From assembly GCA_051294375.1 (NCBI GenBank), contig CM119269.1:1256537-1320536 (forward strand): DNA of 64,000 bases, written 5' to 3'. Shown one piece after another: positions 40,663-54,489 of the stretch. The notes below the pieces were generated by a model that had not been told where the DNA came from, searched no databases, and was given only the letters and a program-made list of their open reading frames with translations. This stretch comes from Paraspadella gotoi. Its lineage: Eukaryota > Animalia > Chaetognatha. Each line of letters starts with the position of its first letter. Position 1 is the first letter of the stretch. A program made the position numbers and the translations under genes.

Positions 40663-41841
40663 TGGAATCTCGGAGCTTGAATGGAATGACATCGTCACTA
40701 GTCAGTCTCATTGGCAAGATTTTGTCATAAAGTTTATTGACATTGCACTAGCTGACAACTGTGATGTTAACATATCGAATGTTGCATGCTGCATAATTGC
40801 AATAAAAAAAAAACTTGGGCAGGTTAAATCGTGCCTATTCAAATCGTCCGCTTTGGAAATGAACAAAAAGCAAAGAGTTCGAGTCAAAATTTAAAACTAC
40901 CCGCATAAATTGAGTTGTCAAGTTTAGACAAGTTAAGTTTTACTTTTAAACGGAAACGTGAGTACTTTTTATTTCTATTTATTTTGTAAACTATACCAAT
41001 TCTTAGATAAACATTTTGCATAGTGAACCAACAGAAGAGTAAAAATCGAGTCACTTTTCGCAAAGATTTTAATCGATTCCTACAGAACGAAGACTCGTCT
41101 TTTCAATTTCCTAGAAAAAAATATCCATTTGAGGTCAGCGATATTTTTTTTTCTCGACGAATTCGAATCGAAGAACAAATTTTTTTTTTTAATCTGAGAG
41201 GAATGGAAAAAAGATTGCTGGAGGCAAAGAGATCTGGAGAATCTGGCTGACTCATCGAAATCAACCGACACTAGAAAACCGACAAAAAAGAAGGAAAAGT
41301 GCATCCTTTTTATTTTCTTTGGGAGAAATTTGATTTTAAAAGGAATTCCCATTTCCTCTTTGACATCTTGCATATTTTTTGGAGGGTGTCGTCATCGGCG
41401 TCGTCATCGACGGCGTCGTCGTCGGCGTCGTCGTCGGCGTCATCGGCGTCGTCACAAACGAGCTCATCGGTTTAGGCATTTCTTTGGGGCAGTGGGGCTG
41501 TGGACTGTGGGGTTGTGGGCTGTGGACGAGCTCATCGGTTGAGGCATTTCTTTGTTGTTGTCGTTGTCTTTATTCTGAATGGCTGTCGTCGTGTTTGTCT
41601 TTGAAACCGTTTGTTCTCTTCGTCATCGTCGAAGGTTGTTTATCATCGTCGGGGTCGTTCTATTTCGTCGTCGTCGTCGTCTTCCTCTTTTCTTGTTTGG
41701 TCTCGTAAAATTGATCGTCTTCCAAGAAACTGGACGCGATCTTCTTTCCTCTTCGATCTCATCTTCGGTCAATTTTCGAATTCTTCACATTCACGTGAAA
41801 ACGAGAAAACATTTCGAGGAGTGGGGCACGTGGCCAGGGAG

Positions 41842-41881
<40 letters not shown>

Positions 41882-42073
41882 AAGAGAGAGAGAGAGAGAG
41901 GAGAGAAAGAAAGAGAGAGAGAGAGAGGAGAGAAGAGAGAGAGAGAGAGAGAGAGACATGAGATAGAGAGGAGAGAGAGAGAGACGAAGGAAAATGAAAG
42001 AGGGAGACAAAGATCCGACTGGAATGCGTTTTGCGAAAATTGCAATCAATCCACAGCAGAATGTTTTTGATCT

Positions 42074-42152
<79 letters not shown>

Positions 42153-43269
42153 CCTCTCTCTCTCTCTCTCTCTTCAATCTTGCCTCAAACGTGCTCCCAA
42201 CTCTGGCTAAAGTATTTAGCCGAATTAGTCAACAATTGTGAATTCGAGAAAACGGATGTACTTTTGACGTCACGAAAAATTCAGTGTTATTGATTTTAAA
42301 AATGGCTACGTGAGTGAACTTCATCCCATCCTTCATATATATCAGTATAAAGTGCTTCTAACCCTTTCACAATTTTCACCATCTTTTTTTGCCTTCCTCA
42401 TCGAATAATAAATTTCTAAACCGAAAATAAACCTTTTTCATCTTTCGTTCCCTTAAATCCTTTTTTTTCCAATTTTTTGTTTTCTGTTTCCATTTCTTAT
42501 TTTCTTTAATTTTACAATTTGTACGATAAAGAGACGATTAAAGAGAGGATAAAGGAGAACGGATAAAAGAAGCGGTTTTCATTCTTTTTGAACTTATTTT
42601 CTTTAGAAACTGACGACATAATGTTATTTATCATCTCCTTCTCAACAATTTTTTCAAAACAAACAGGAAAGACATTCTGTTTCTATGTTTACTCAGATGA
42701 ATTCAAATTGTTTGTTTTAAGTTTGTTCTATCTTTTTACAACCCAAAATTGACAAAATTATCCGAAATGAAAAACAGGGAAAAATTATTTTTCATTTTTT
42801 ATAATTTTCATTTTAACAAAATTATATTTTTTTAAAAAATAAATAAAAAATAAGAAAAACAAGGCAAAATTTAAAAAAGCCCCCCAAAAAATGAAACAGC
42901 AAGAATAGGCAAGAATGATAGAGCGAAAAAAGAAAAAAAAGAAAGGCCAAGACGAACTAAGAGAGAGAGAGAGAGAGAGAGAGACACGAGAGAAGAGCGA
43001 GATTGAGAGAGAAGAGAGACGAGAGAGGAGAGAGGAGAGAGAGACAAGACCCAGAAGAATGTCCATTCCTGCGGCAGTCTCATGTGGGGGACTCCAGAGG
43101 CATTGGAAGGGGAGAGAAGGTGGACGGAGGAGGAGTGAGGAGGACGCAGGAAGCGAGGGAGACGAGGAAAGGGGCACGAACAAGAAACGGGATGAGTCGG
43201 AATTCGGACGGACGCCTCCGCGGAAGATGTCGCCGCTTCCCGACGGGCATTTCCTGTGGACGGAAAAGT

Positions 43270-43540
43270 CTAGGCCAGCATCGCGATCATGGCGACCTGA
43301 ACGGGGGAGAAGAGGGAAAGAATTTAAGGGGAGGGTGGGGGAGAATAGGGAGAGATCAGGGATTTAGATGGGAAAAGTAAGTTATTGGGAATTGATGGAA
43401 AGTTTGGTAAAGGACAGAGAGAGAGAGAGAGAGGGTAGCCTTCGCCAAAGGTTTTATGACTTACTCTTCCCAAGGATCGTCCCTCGGCCATGAGGTAAGT
43501 TCGAAGGTAAGTCATCATGGACACGAGCCGCCGCTGCGGT
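43270..43540 (-). CDS. Candidate exon pair of an unidentified gene
   Basis: Exon 43540-43465 ends in a consensus GTAAGT donor, and the next exon starts after a pyrimidine tract and CAG at 43296. One phase gives PQRRLVSMMTYLRTYLMAEGRSLGR|VAMIAMLA*; another phase stays open further. I recognise no family. Confidence 0.3.
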
Positions 43541-44139
43541 CTTTGAGGTCGAAGGATTAGTGAAAGAGAAGAGAGAAANNNNNNNNNNNNNNNNNNNNNN
43601 NNNNNNNNNNNNNNNNNNNNNNNNNNNNNNNNNNNNNNNNNNNNNNNNNNNNNNNNNNNNNNNNNNNNNNNNNNNNNNNNNNNNNNNNNNNNNNNNNNNN
43701 NNNNNNNNNNNNNNNNNNNNNNNNNNNNNNNNNNNNNNNNNNNNNNNNNNNNNNNNNNNNNNNNNNNNNNNNNNNNNNNNNNNNNNNNNNNNNNNNNNNN
43801 NNNNNNNNNNNNNNNNNNNNNNNNNNNNNNNNNNNNNNNNNNNNNNNNNNNNNNNNNNNNNNNNNAGAGAGAGAGAGGATAAAGACACTGAAGAGATTGA
43901 TAACCCCTGTTTTTTTTTCTCCGCCAGGACGACCTCGAAAATGGAAAGAGACAAAAGCAAAATTATTTGGAATCGCTTATCTGTTATCTCTTTACTTCCG
44001 GGTCTTCTTAGTAACTTTGTAGCAGAGTAACTTGTGGTTCATTTCAAATGAGATTAAGTTTTTGAATCCTATTTACATGCTGTAGCAGTTAAGATAATTT
44101 CTCATATCACTTTTGATACGTCGTAATTATCATCGCCCT

Positions 44140-44201
<62 letters not shown>

Positions 44202-44652
44202 CCATTTTCGTCGTCATTTACCAAATTATAGCTTTTGATGGATGATTGACAGAAATGAGTTTGTTTGATCGTAATTTATGAGTCGTCATGTCAAGAATTG
44301 GGTGGTCACATTATCAAACCAATATTTCATATAATCATCTTATAATATAATAAATATGAATATAAATAAATAAATATATTATAAATTGTATTTTGTCTTA
44401 TGACTTTTCTCTTTTTCGCCGATATCGATATAATTTTGTGTAGTAATATAATTAGCAGGACAAGAGAGAATAATTGATAAAGAAAGGAAAAATAAATTAA
44501 GAACGAAAAAAATAAATCAAGAAAGAAGGTAAAAAAAGAGAAAAAAAGGAAGAACGAAAGAAAAAAAGAACAGAAAAAAAGACAGAACTAAAAAAGGTAG
44601 AGAAAGATTAAAAAGATCAAAAAGTTAAACTGCGAGAGACTTGATCTTGATT

Positions 44653-44735
<83 letters not shown>

Positions 44736-45096
44736 CCATGTCACCGGAAGGAGATAAACTTAGAGCATGCCATCTGACGAAGGGGCCCCTTAATTAAGGG
44801 AAGCTCGTACCCGCTTATTTCCACTCATCCTCTTCCCCTTCTATCACTTCCACACCCATTGATCAGTCGTTCTCATCGTCGTCGTTGGTCGATGAACTTA
44901 AAAACGTTTCTAGATTCGCTCGGACATTTCGGGGTTGAAATCGTGACGAGTTCATCTCCTGCATTTATGGACTTTCGAAAAGATAAAAAAAAAAAAAAAA
45001 CCGGAAAGTTAAATTTTTTTAAAAAAAACTCATTTCATAAAATTTATGATGAATAAAGACGAGCGTGCGGAATCGAATTTGACCCAAAAAATAGAA

Positions 45097-45136
<40 letters not shown>

Positions 45137-47679
45137 GATGTCAGGTTGTCGGGGAATAATTATGGGCGATCGGGACAGAGTTTGGGTTCCGCCGTCACCT
45201 CGGCCGAACGTCGAATCGTTCTTTATCGCCACACGAACCGCGTCGGTCGTCCGTTGGTAGGAAGCCGGATTTCCGGGACACAGCGCGAAACCAGGTTAAC
45301 GACCGCGCGTGAAGATCAGAGAGGAACTACAGCGGGGTCCTTGATGCGGGGACCCGAAGGCCAAGTTAATATATTTAAATTGGTTTTCGACTTCAAAGGT
45401 AACAGGATATCGGAATGATGTGGTTATAGAGGGAATAGAAATCCAACGCAGATAATGTAAGAAATCAATACATACTATGGTACAGATAATTCAATTCTAA
45501 GAACAAGAAAAAGCTCAAAACAAACGTCAACATTCGAGATAAGAAATCTACGAATATTACAACTGGAACGGGTCCTCAAACGAGTCTCGTGGGTCATTTA
45601 TGAGTCGCCGATTCGCGAAATTCGTTTCTCAAAATCGAAAACGAATTCAAGTGCGAAATCTGTGTCGCTCGATCCTTGAAACATCGTGCAACATTCTCGA
45701 GAGCAGAGAGATCGAAAATAAAATTCCGGAGATTGAAAGAAAAAGTAATCAAAGTTTATGAGACGCCATTACTGAAAAAGGACTCATTTCGAAAATCCTC
45801 TTTTTCTCAGAGAAGCGCTCCAAAGAGTTCCTCCTCACCCTCGGGGTCCGAGGGTGAGTTGAGCCGGCGGCGTCGTCTGTCCCGGGCCCCGAGAGTCAAG
45901 AGACACGCCCATCTGTTTTGGGACGAGATTGAATGTCTTAATTCTCTCTCGCTCTCAAAAAAAAAAAGTCTTCAATTTTTTTTTTCGTTTCGATTTTATG
46001 ACAAAAACCTGAAGTAATTTATCTCGGAGAAGATTTTTTTTTACAGAAAAGTGCGGTTAAGAAACGAGACAACATAATTGATAGTTAATTCATTCTCGAT
46101 ACAATTTTACAGATTTATTTTTCCTGAGCTCATAATGTTAATCAAAAACCAGATAAAATACTAATTGGCTTCGAATTAAAATCAGATTGAAGGCGGGATA
46201 TTTAAAAAAAAACAATTCTACTCTATTCACTCGACAGTCTCTTTTAAGAATTAATATAAAATAATTAGGAACAAAAAGAATATGTATATTTCTGTCGCAT
46301 GTCATTTTTATTCAATCTCAACTGTAAATATTTCATTACTTTTCAACATTTTCTTTAAAAAGTATAAGAAAAAAGTTTGACCAAAGACAAACTCTCATTT
46401 TCCGTTGGTCACGAGATGAGCCAAAGAAAATTTTTTTTTCTTTGAGATTTTTTCGTCTCTTTTTCCAGATTATTATTGTCTCTTCAAAAGAAAGAAAAGA
46501 AAAAAAAAGAAAGAAAGAACGCGACAAGAAAATTGCATCATGCAAACTTTTTCATTCTCTCTTCTTTGAGTCTCGCAATCATTCTTCGCCGTCTTGCTAA
46601 TCCACGGTTCTTTCATGTCAAGTCGTTGTCGCCTTGTCTTTGTCATTCGGTTAACATCGACGTCGCTTTGTCTCCGACTTTGTCATTTATTGAAAACTCG
46701 TTGTCTTGTTTTAACATTGTCATTCTGTTAGCTTATTTTTAGATTTTATTTGATTGCGGTTGTTAAGCTTGGGTTTGAAGCATGATTGTTTGTTTGTTTC
46801 ATTTTCTAGTTATGTATTGATTAATACTCNNNNNNNNNNGAGAGAGAGTCTTTGAAAAAGAAGAAAAGATGAACAAAAGAAAAATCGATAGGCGAGTTTC
46901 CTAACCAAATTTTACAGACAATAACGAGTTTGCAGCTTCTTTTTTTTGCGCTGAAGGGAAAGCTGCGGGTAAGGGACAAAATGTTTTTGTTGCGGGTGTG
47001 AGGAGTGAATGGAATTAGAGGAGTGAATGGAATTCGAAGACTGAATGGAATTCTAGGAGTGAATTCGGGATTTGTCGATGAATAAAAGTCGCATTCGAAT
47101 TCAGTTAAATGTGAAAGTACAATAATAAAATTGTACTTTAATTTGTAGTCTGTCTCGACGTCAAGGATCCAGCCTTAATTATCTAAACATTTTATAATTT
47201 AAATTCTTATCAATATAATTCCTTGTAATAGCTGTCGTCTGTAACCTATGAAATCTATTTGTAAACAATTTACTACAAATTTATATGAATTGGTATAGAA
47301 TTGAAATTGAAATTCTCGTTTTCTTACCCTATGCAACGCCATTCGAGGCCGAAGTAAAGGAAATAAATTGACTTCTGATATTAACTCCATCCTCGGCCGA
47401 CGATTCGAATATAAATCAAAACCTCAATTCGATCTTCTTCCTCCCCAACGTTTCTCTACCCCCCCCCCACTCCGCCCCCCTCTCTTCTGATGTCCCGACG
47501 GAAAATCTTTTCAAAAAAAAAAAATCATTCCCGTCAGTTCCGCCTCCACGGACAGACGGATATTAATCCGGCCAATCAATCAATCGATGAGCCGTCGGGG
47601 TCCAATCAAAAATTCTCGCCCCCGTGGCCCGCCTTCGCAATCCACCACGCGGGCTGCGCCCATTCTTTGTCTCACCCTT

Positions 47680-48830
47680 TTTTAGTACGATCGCTGCTTA
47701 TCAGCAGATCCGACTCTATAACTCACTTTTTATAACTCACTTTTCGGTCCGTCGGTCCGCCCCCTCAATATTTGTCGGGCACACACTTATATCATGTCAG
47801 AACATCGAATTATGATAATTATGCAAAAAAAATGATGTCCGTCCGTCCGTCTGTCTGTCCGTCCGTCCGTCCGTCCGTCCCACCTTAGCAAAAAACACCA
47901 ATTACTCGTGATTGGATGATGGATTTAAATGAAATTTTGTGTGTGGATAGTAAGTGTGTGATTGAGCTGGATATTAAGTTTACGATGGAATCGTCCGAGT
48001 GGAAAATGAGTTTAAATGGAAAAAACAAAAAAAAATATATTCACTATTTGAACACCAATTGCTCATGAGTGGATGGGCTGATTGACCTGGAATTTTGTAT
48101 GTGGGTAGGAAAGTGGTGTGATTGAACAGGAAATCAGTTCGATGAATAGTTTGAGTGAAATGAGTTTAATGAAAAAACAAAAAACCTGTTTACTAATTGA
48201 TTATGCTGCTTTTTCCTTTTATATTAAATTATCTGCAGGATGTATAATAAATCAAATAATTAATCAGTTAATTATCAATTAGTAAATAAATTAATCAATA
48301 ATTAATTAATTAGTCAATCAATCGTCCATCGTCCCATCTTAAGCAAAAAGCTCCAATACTCGTGATTGGCTGGGTTGGATTGGAATTAAATTTTTGTGTG
48401 TGGGTAGGAAAGTGTGTGATAAGCTGGATATAAAATTTCGATGGAATCGTGTGAGTGGAAATTAGTTTAATGGAAAAAACATAAGTCGGAATTTACTAAA
48501 ATCTTTTTACTATTTTTAACCAATAAATACTCCAATTAATCATAATTGGATGGATAGATTTGAGTTGAAATTTTGTGTGTGGGTAGGAAAACGTATGACG
48601 AAGCTTGATATAAAGTTTCAGTGGAAACGTACCAGTGGAAATGAGTTTAAATGAAAAAAATATGAGTCAATTTACTGAATCTTTTTATTATTTAACCCAT
48701 GATAGATTGAGATGAAATTTTGTGAGCCAGTAGGAAAGTGAGTGAAGAAGCTAGATATAAAGTTTTTGACGGAATGCAACGTTGAAAAAATTATGAAAGT
48801 TGAAAAAATGATGCAAGTTAAAAAAATCTT
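47680..48830 (+). mobile_element. DINE-1/HINE-like (Helentron-associated) non-autonomous element
   Basis: It starts in a T-run, followed by a terminal hairpin (consensus with the second copy: AGTCGGATCTGCT-TATC-AGCAGATCCGACT). A (GTCC/GTCT)n microsatellite follows at 47836-47880, then about 5 internal ~150-bp subrepeats (..gattggat..gaaattttgtgtgtgggtaggaaag..gtggaaatgagtttaaatggaaaaa). This order matches described DINE-1/HINE elements. The 3' boundary is approximate. Confidence 0.6.
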
Positions 48831-49342
48831 AAAGCATAAGGGATCGTCGCTATTGCATAAAAAGAGAGACGAGAGAGAGAGAGAAAGAGAGGAGTGAGAG
48901 AGAGAGAGAGAGTGAGAAGAAAGAGAGAGAGTGAGAGGAGAGAGAGAGAAGGAGACATAAAATAAAAAAATCTTAAAAGACTCAAGATCGAGCCCAGCGC
49001 CACTATCATAGAAAAATTAATGAAAAAAAACCGGGAAAAAAACGAATGAATCATGCGATACGAATTGTTGATGTACTAGTAATTTGATTGAGTAATACTA
49101 ATTGATTGATGTAAATAGTAATTTATTGATGTAATAGGAATGATTATTGATTCGATGATAATCAATTATTGATGCGATGATAGTCATTCACTGCTGTGAT
49201 GATAGTCATTCAGTGATGCGATGATTGTCATTCATTGATGCGATGATTGTCATTCATTGATGCGATGATAGTCCAATAAAACAAACAAATGCGTGTATGA
49301 TGAAAGAGAGAGAGATGAGAGAAAGAGACGAGAGAGAAAGAA

Positions 49343-49379
<37 letters not shown>

Positions 49380-49809
49380 AAGAAAGAGAATAAATCCACG
49401 AAAATCTCGGATGAAAAATATGGATTTGTATTGAAAAAAAGCGCGGAATAAATGGCAATAATAAAAAGTTTTTAGAAGGAAAAAAATATCAGAATTTTTC
49501 AAAAACAACGATCACGCAAAAAGATCGGACAGATAGGACAGACACACACAGAGAGAAGAGAGACAGAGAGAGAGAGAGAAAAAGAGAGAAGACAGCCGCT
49601 GCAGAGAAAAAAGAGAAAGAGCGATATATAATAATTAAAGAGAGAGAGAGAGAGAAGCTCTACAGCCCCTTTACTCGTTAACGAATCAGCAGTACTTATG
49701 CGCCGCACGTAGCGTGAGCTATTCTCTACCCAAAGGACCCGGGTCGCGCCCTGTTCGCGGCATCGTTTTTACATTAGTGAACCCACATTATATCTAAAAA
49801 ATTTTTTGT

Positions 49810-49866
<57 letters not shown>

Positions 49867-50131
49867 AGCTGGACAGACGCTGCAGAGCGGAACTCGTTTT
49901 TAGAAGAAGCAGGTGACGGAGAAAAAGAGAGAGAGGAGAGAGAGCGACATATAATTAAAACGTTTTTGTTTGTAAATAAAACATAAACAAATACAATATT
50001 GATATGAAACATGAGAATTTTAAAGATCTTGATGATTAGATGCCATATATGAAAATTCAACTCCCTATGATATCACACTTTCAAAGCCATGATTGCAAAA
50101 AGCGAGACCGAAAGCTAAACCGAAAAAAAAT

Positions 50132-50160
50132 CTAGACCAGGACGGGCTTTGCCCGCCTGG
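50132..50160 (-). mobile_element. Helitron-like 3' terminus
   Basis: The minus strand reads CCAGGCGGGC-AAA-GCCCGTCCTGG-T-CTAG: a GC-rich hairpin followed by CTAG. The 5' end was not identified. Confidence 0.4.
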
Positions 50161-50659
50161 CTCGATAATAGAGGATATTTGTTTGTTTTGATAAAATGTA
50201 AACAAAACATTTAAATAACTGTCCTGACTCAATTTTAAGGACATCGATGATGACAGCTGAATATAAATTATAATTAATCTATTAATTAATTAATTAATTA
50301 ATCTATTAATTAATTAATTAATCTATTAATTAATTAATTAATCAATTAATTAATTAATATCGAGGCAGATCGACATTGTTTGCTCAAACTTTGTTTTTTT
50401 TTATTACCCGACTTCTCCCGGAACCTTACCCCGACTTCTGTCCTCTCCCCACCTTTCCTCTCCCCGCTCCTTACCCCCCTCCCCCGGCGAAGGCATTCGA
50501 GGGAATTTCAATTATTTCGTGTTATCGCAAAGTGAAGAGGAAATGAGGCGTTTTTTTATGACTTATTTGGCGAAAGAAAAGATTAAGATTATTGTAAAAT
50601 TCCGAGACTCTCGCAGGGGATACCTATTAATGGAGAGAGGGAGAAGAAAGAGAGAGAGA

Positions 50660-50694
<35 letters not shown>

Positions 50695-53600
50695 AACGAG
50701 AGGAGAGAGAGAGAGGAGAGAGGCATATGTCGGCGTTGCCACCCCCCTTCTCTCGCCCGAACGCTGTCGTCATTTGGAACCCCTATCTGGTCATGGACCG
50801 ACTGACCGATCGTTCTCAATAACGCCCCCGACACGACACGACAAACGACAACGACACACGACAACGACAACGACAACAACAACGGACCGATCGTTTCTCA
50901 AAGAACGCCCCGACAACGACGCGCTCCCCGCAAAGGGCAACAAAAGTGATTACATTGACTCTGGCCTCTCCACCTCTGCTGAGACGACGAGACCCCCCAC
51001 CCTTCCGCCTCGCGCCCTGCGGTTCCATCTCCCGCGGTTCCATCAATCCCGGTTCCATCCGTCGCGGTTCCATCTCCCGCGATGGAATCTAATGAATTTT
51101 CGTTTCAAGCGGCGCCGGAAACGGAAGAACCATGATTGGAACTTTGGGGGGCGGAAGTCGACGGCGAAGATTAAGACGACGACAACGACGACGACGACGA
51201 CGACTACAACCGAGACCACATAACTAATATTATAATTACTTTTCTTATATCGTTGATCCTCAGCTATGATTCTGAGACTATGGCTTTTCAGCGAAACGAC
51301 GACGACGACGACGACGACAGATGCAAAGAGGATCGATTGAAAACCAATGATGACATCGACGATCGATTTACAATGACAAGGATGACATCGACGATTTCAA
51401 GGTTTAATTATCTTCTCTAAGACATTTCTGCGCCTCGGGGGAAATGATCCACCAACCGTCGGGTAAGGCACCGGGCTTAAGGGTAAGGGACTAGACATCG
51501 ACAAAAGGTAAGGAGGTTTTTGAGAGGGAGGAATTGGATTTACAACCACCCCTGCGGCGATATCAGGAGGGAAGCGTAGATGGAAGAGAGAGAGAGGAGA
51601 GAGGGAGACTGAGAGAGGAGAGAGAGGAGAGTGTTTTAACTATCTGAATCCGTGACGTCAGAGAATCCTTGAGTGACTCATTCAATGTTTTAATTATCAA
51701 TTATCATCCTCGCTAATTTCTCGGCGACTATTTTATCCCGAGGACAATCATTACTAATGTTGTTTTTCAACGAAATTCTATCTCGTTGTGACTCAAATCG
51801 GCGGCGGAACTCTTTTGTGAAAGCGTTGAAGATGTCATGTCATGTCATTTGTCAAGGTTAGGCTCATCATCTTCATCTTCATCATCATCCTCTTTACCAA
51901 ATTGTTTAGACAAACGCAGTTCTTTTTTTTTTTTTAGTGCGAGCGTGGGAGTGACAGGAAGTACGAAAGAAGAGATGGGGCGAATAATGGGTGGGGGGGG
52001 GGACGCGAAGGAGAAATGAATCCGTTCTTAACAATGAACAATTTAAAGAAGAGAAAGAGAATAAAGAAAAAATGAAGGGAATGAAAATATTTTCTCTTTC
52101 TCATTTTTATCGAAGAAACTTGTAAAGTTCACTTACGATCTGAAGGTTATGATGATAAAGATAAAGAATCTATAATCATCTTATTTTTTTTTCTCTCCTG
52201 CGTTGAGTTATTTTAGATTGATTATAAATACCGTACCAGTGAAACGTTTTTCTCTTTTTCAAAAAAAAAAAATCAGACAATCCATCTAAACAAAGAAACG
52301 AGAGACACAAACGACCAAACAGACTGACGATCGCTAATCGAAATCCCGAGGGGAGACGAAAAATTCGAGATTAAAACGTCCGGATTTAATTGTACATTAC
52401 CACCCTCTGAGTTTTTGCTTGTTTTTTTACCTCCACCACTTTTGTCGCGACGAAGATAAAGAATTAATCCTCTCTTNNNNNNNNNNNNNNNNNNNNNNNN
52501 NNNNNNNNNNNNNNNNNNNNNNNNNNNNNNNNNNNNNNNNNNNNNNNNNNNNNNNNNNNNNNNNNNNNNNNNNNNNNNNNNNNNNNNNNNNNNNNNNNNN
52601 NNNNNNNNNNNNNNNNNNNNNNNNNNNNNNNNNNNNNNNNNNNNNNNNNNNNNCCTGATTTTAACTCTCTCTCCAGCTCCAGCTAACCCCCCATTGTTTT
52701 TCCGTCGCTCCTCTGACCATCGAAGCAACAACGGTTTCAATATCAGCGACACTCCCTCTTCCTCTTTCTCATTCTCGCTAAACAAACACAATCTCGTTAT
52801 CAAACATTTCTCTATCAATATTTTAATTTATTTTATTAATGAACGAATCGAATGAAACCTTATGCAATTTTCTACTTCCCAAGTTCTCACGCCCTTTTTC
52901 GCCAAATCATGATTTATTCAAAACTTCGCAATGTCTATAATAAACTTACTAATTTAAGCCACACTACGATTTTTTTTCATAATAAAACAACACTGTCCAA
53001 AGTCAGGGGCAGGATAGCTTATTTATTAAATGAATGGATAATTTTTATATTGGTTGTACCAATTTCATAGGTTAGCTAAATGCCAAATTTGTCTTCACCA
53101 GTGTATTATCATTAATTTTAATTAATTATTAATTATTTAATTATTATTAACGACTGTCATAATCTCGTTGTATTGTTCCTTCTGAGATACAAATGGTATT
53201 TTTGTAAAACGAATTATTTTTAACAGATCTTTTCCTGACCACTACTGCCACCCATTGCCTCCCTTTGCCTCCCTCGTCCATCTGCCATCGTCTTTGCAAG
53301 TCTTTCGTGTCTCGAGGCCTTTGACTCTCGGGAATGTCATCTTTCCTTCTGGTCAACGACGTCGGCGACGATGACAACGACGAAAACGACGACACCGACG
53401 AGGATGACGACGACAGAAACGACGACGATGACTCAATGACACTCAAGACCATCCCAAGGAAATTCATGATATTGTTTTCTTTTTGCTTTCCAGTTTTTCC
53501 TTCGTCATCATGAGATTAGAGGGCGAGGATTTTGACCACAATCTCTCTCTCTCTCTCTCTCTCTATTGAGAGAGATCTTCTCATTTTTTATCTCCATTTT

Positions 53601-54185
53601 TCTATCTCGTCATCTGCATTTCTTGTGCGAAGCGAAAAAAATAATCCTCGTAATTCACTTTCGAATCCTCAATTATATATTTACTACAAAATTTAGTCTG
53701 GCCGCCGAGTGTTTTTTCTGGAAGAAAAATATTTTTAGCGAATAAATCTTAAATACACAGCTAATAAGAAAACATAAACCCTCACCGCTCACCATACGAG
53801 AAGCTAAGATAGGTTTTAAAGAGTCGAAAACTTTTTGTTAGGTTTCTCTATGCTTTATAAACTTTGTACGTAAAGATAAAACGGCAAAATAAGTGACTGG
53901 GAAAGTGATTCATCGCCCGAGTTCGCAATCTGGAAATAAAAAAGCTGATTCTCGATACGATCCCGACTCTTTTATTTCTCATTTCCTGATTCTTGATGAC
54001 TCTGGCGGTTGATTCTGATCTTTCACTAGTGATGTACAAATTGCTCATCGTCTATTCGTCGCTATTTATTTTCTGAATGAACACAGCTTGGTTGCTGTTC
54101 TTCCGTATTATTTCTTAACATTCAATTATGAATTTTCAATCAATTATGATGATTCATCTGTATTTTTCACTTTGTCAAGAAATGT

Positions 54186-54219
<34 letters not shown>

Positions 54220-54257
54220 TAGAGATAATATGACGAAGAGCAGAGAGAGGAGGAGAG

Positions 54258-54297
<40 letters not shown>

Positions 54298-54489
54298 CGA
54301 TAGAGATAGAGAGANNNNNNNNNNNNNNNNNNNNNNNNNAGAGAGAAATGCAGAGAGAGATAGCAAATATTATAGAGAGAGAGGAGAGAAAAGAGAGAGA
54401 TAGAGATGAGAGATGACGAAGTACGAGAGAGAGAGAGGAGAGAGATGAGGAGAGATGAGAGATGAGACGAAGAGAGAGAGAGAGAGAGA

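Noticed and set aside
41370-41790. GC-richer acidic/Thr-like region as an exon
   Set aside because: All three minus-strand frames hit stops, the plus-strand ORFs are GTC-repeat driven, and I found no consistent splice sites.
49702-49762. tRNA-like sequence (GCCGC..GGGTCGCGCCC..GCGGCA)
   Set aside because: Only ~61 nt, with no TTCG T-loop and no foldable D or anticodon arms; at most a decayed tRNA-SINE head.
50519-51223. 234-aa ORF with RFHxx repeats
   Set aside because: It spans AG and GAC microsatellites and a 15-bp tandem repeat, with no domain or exon boundaries. It cannot be supported, though the GC-rich core is not excluded.
52320-52350. CTGACGA..GAAA as a hammerhead
   Set aside because: No stem II or stem I pairing.
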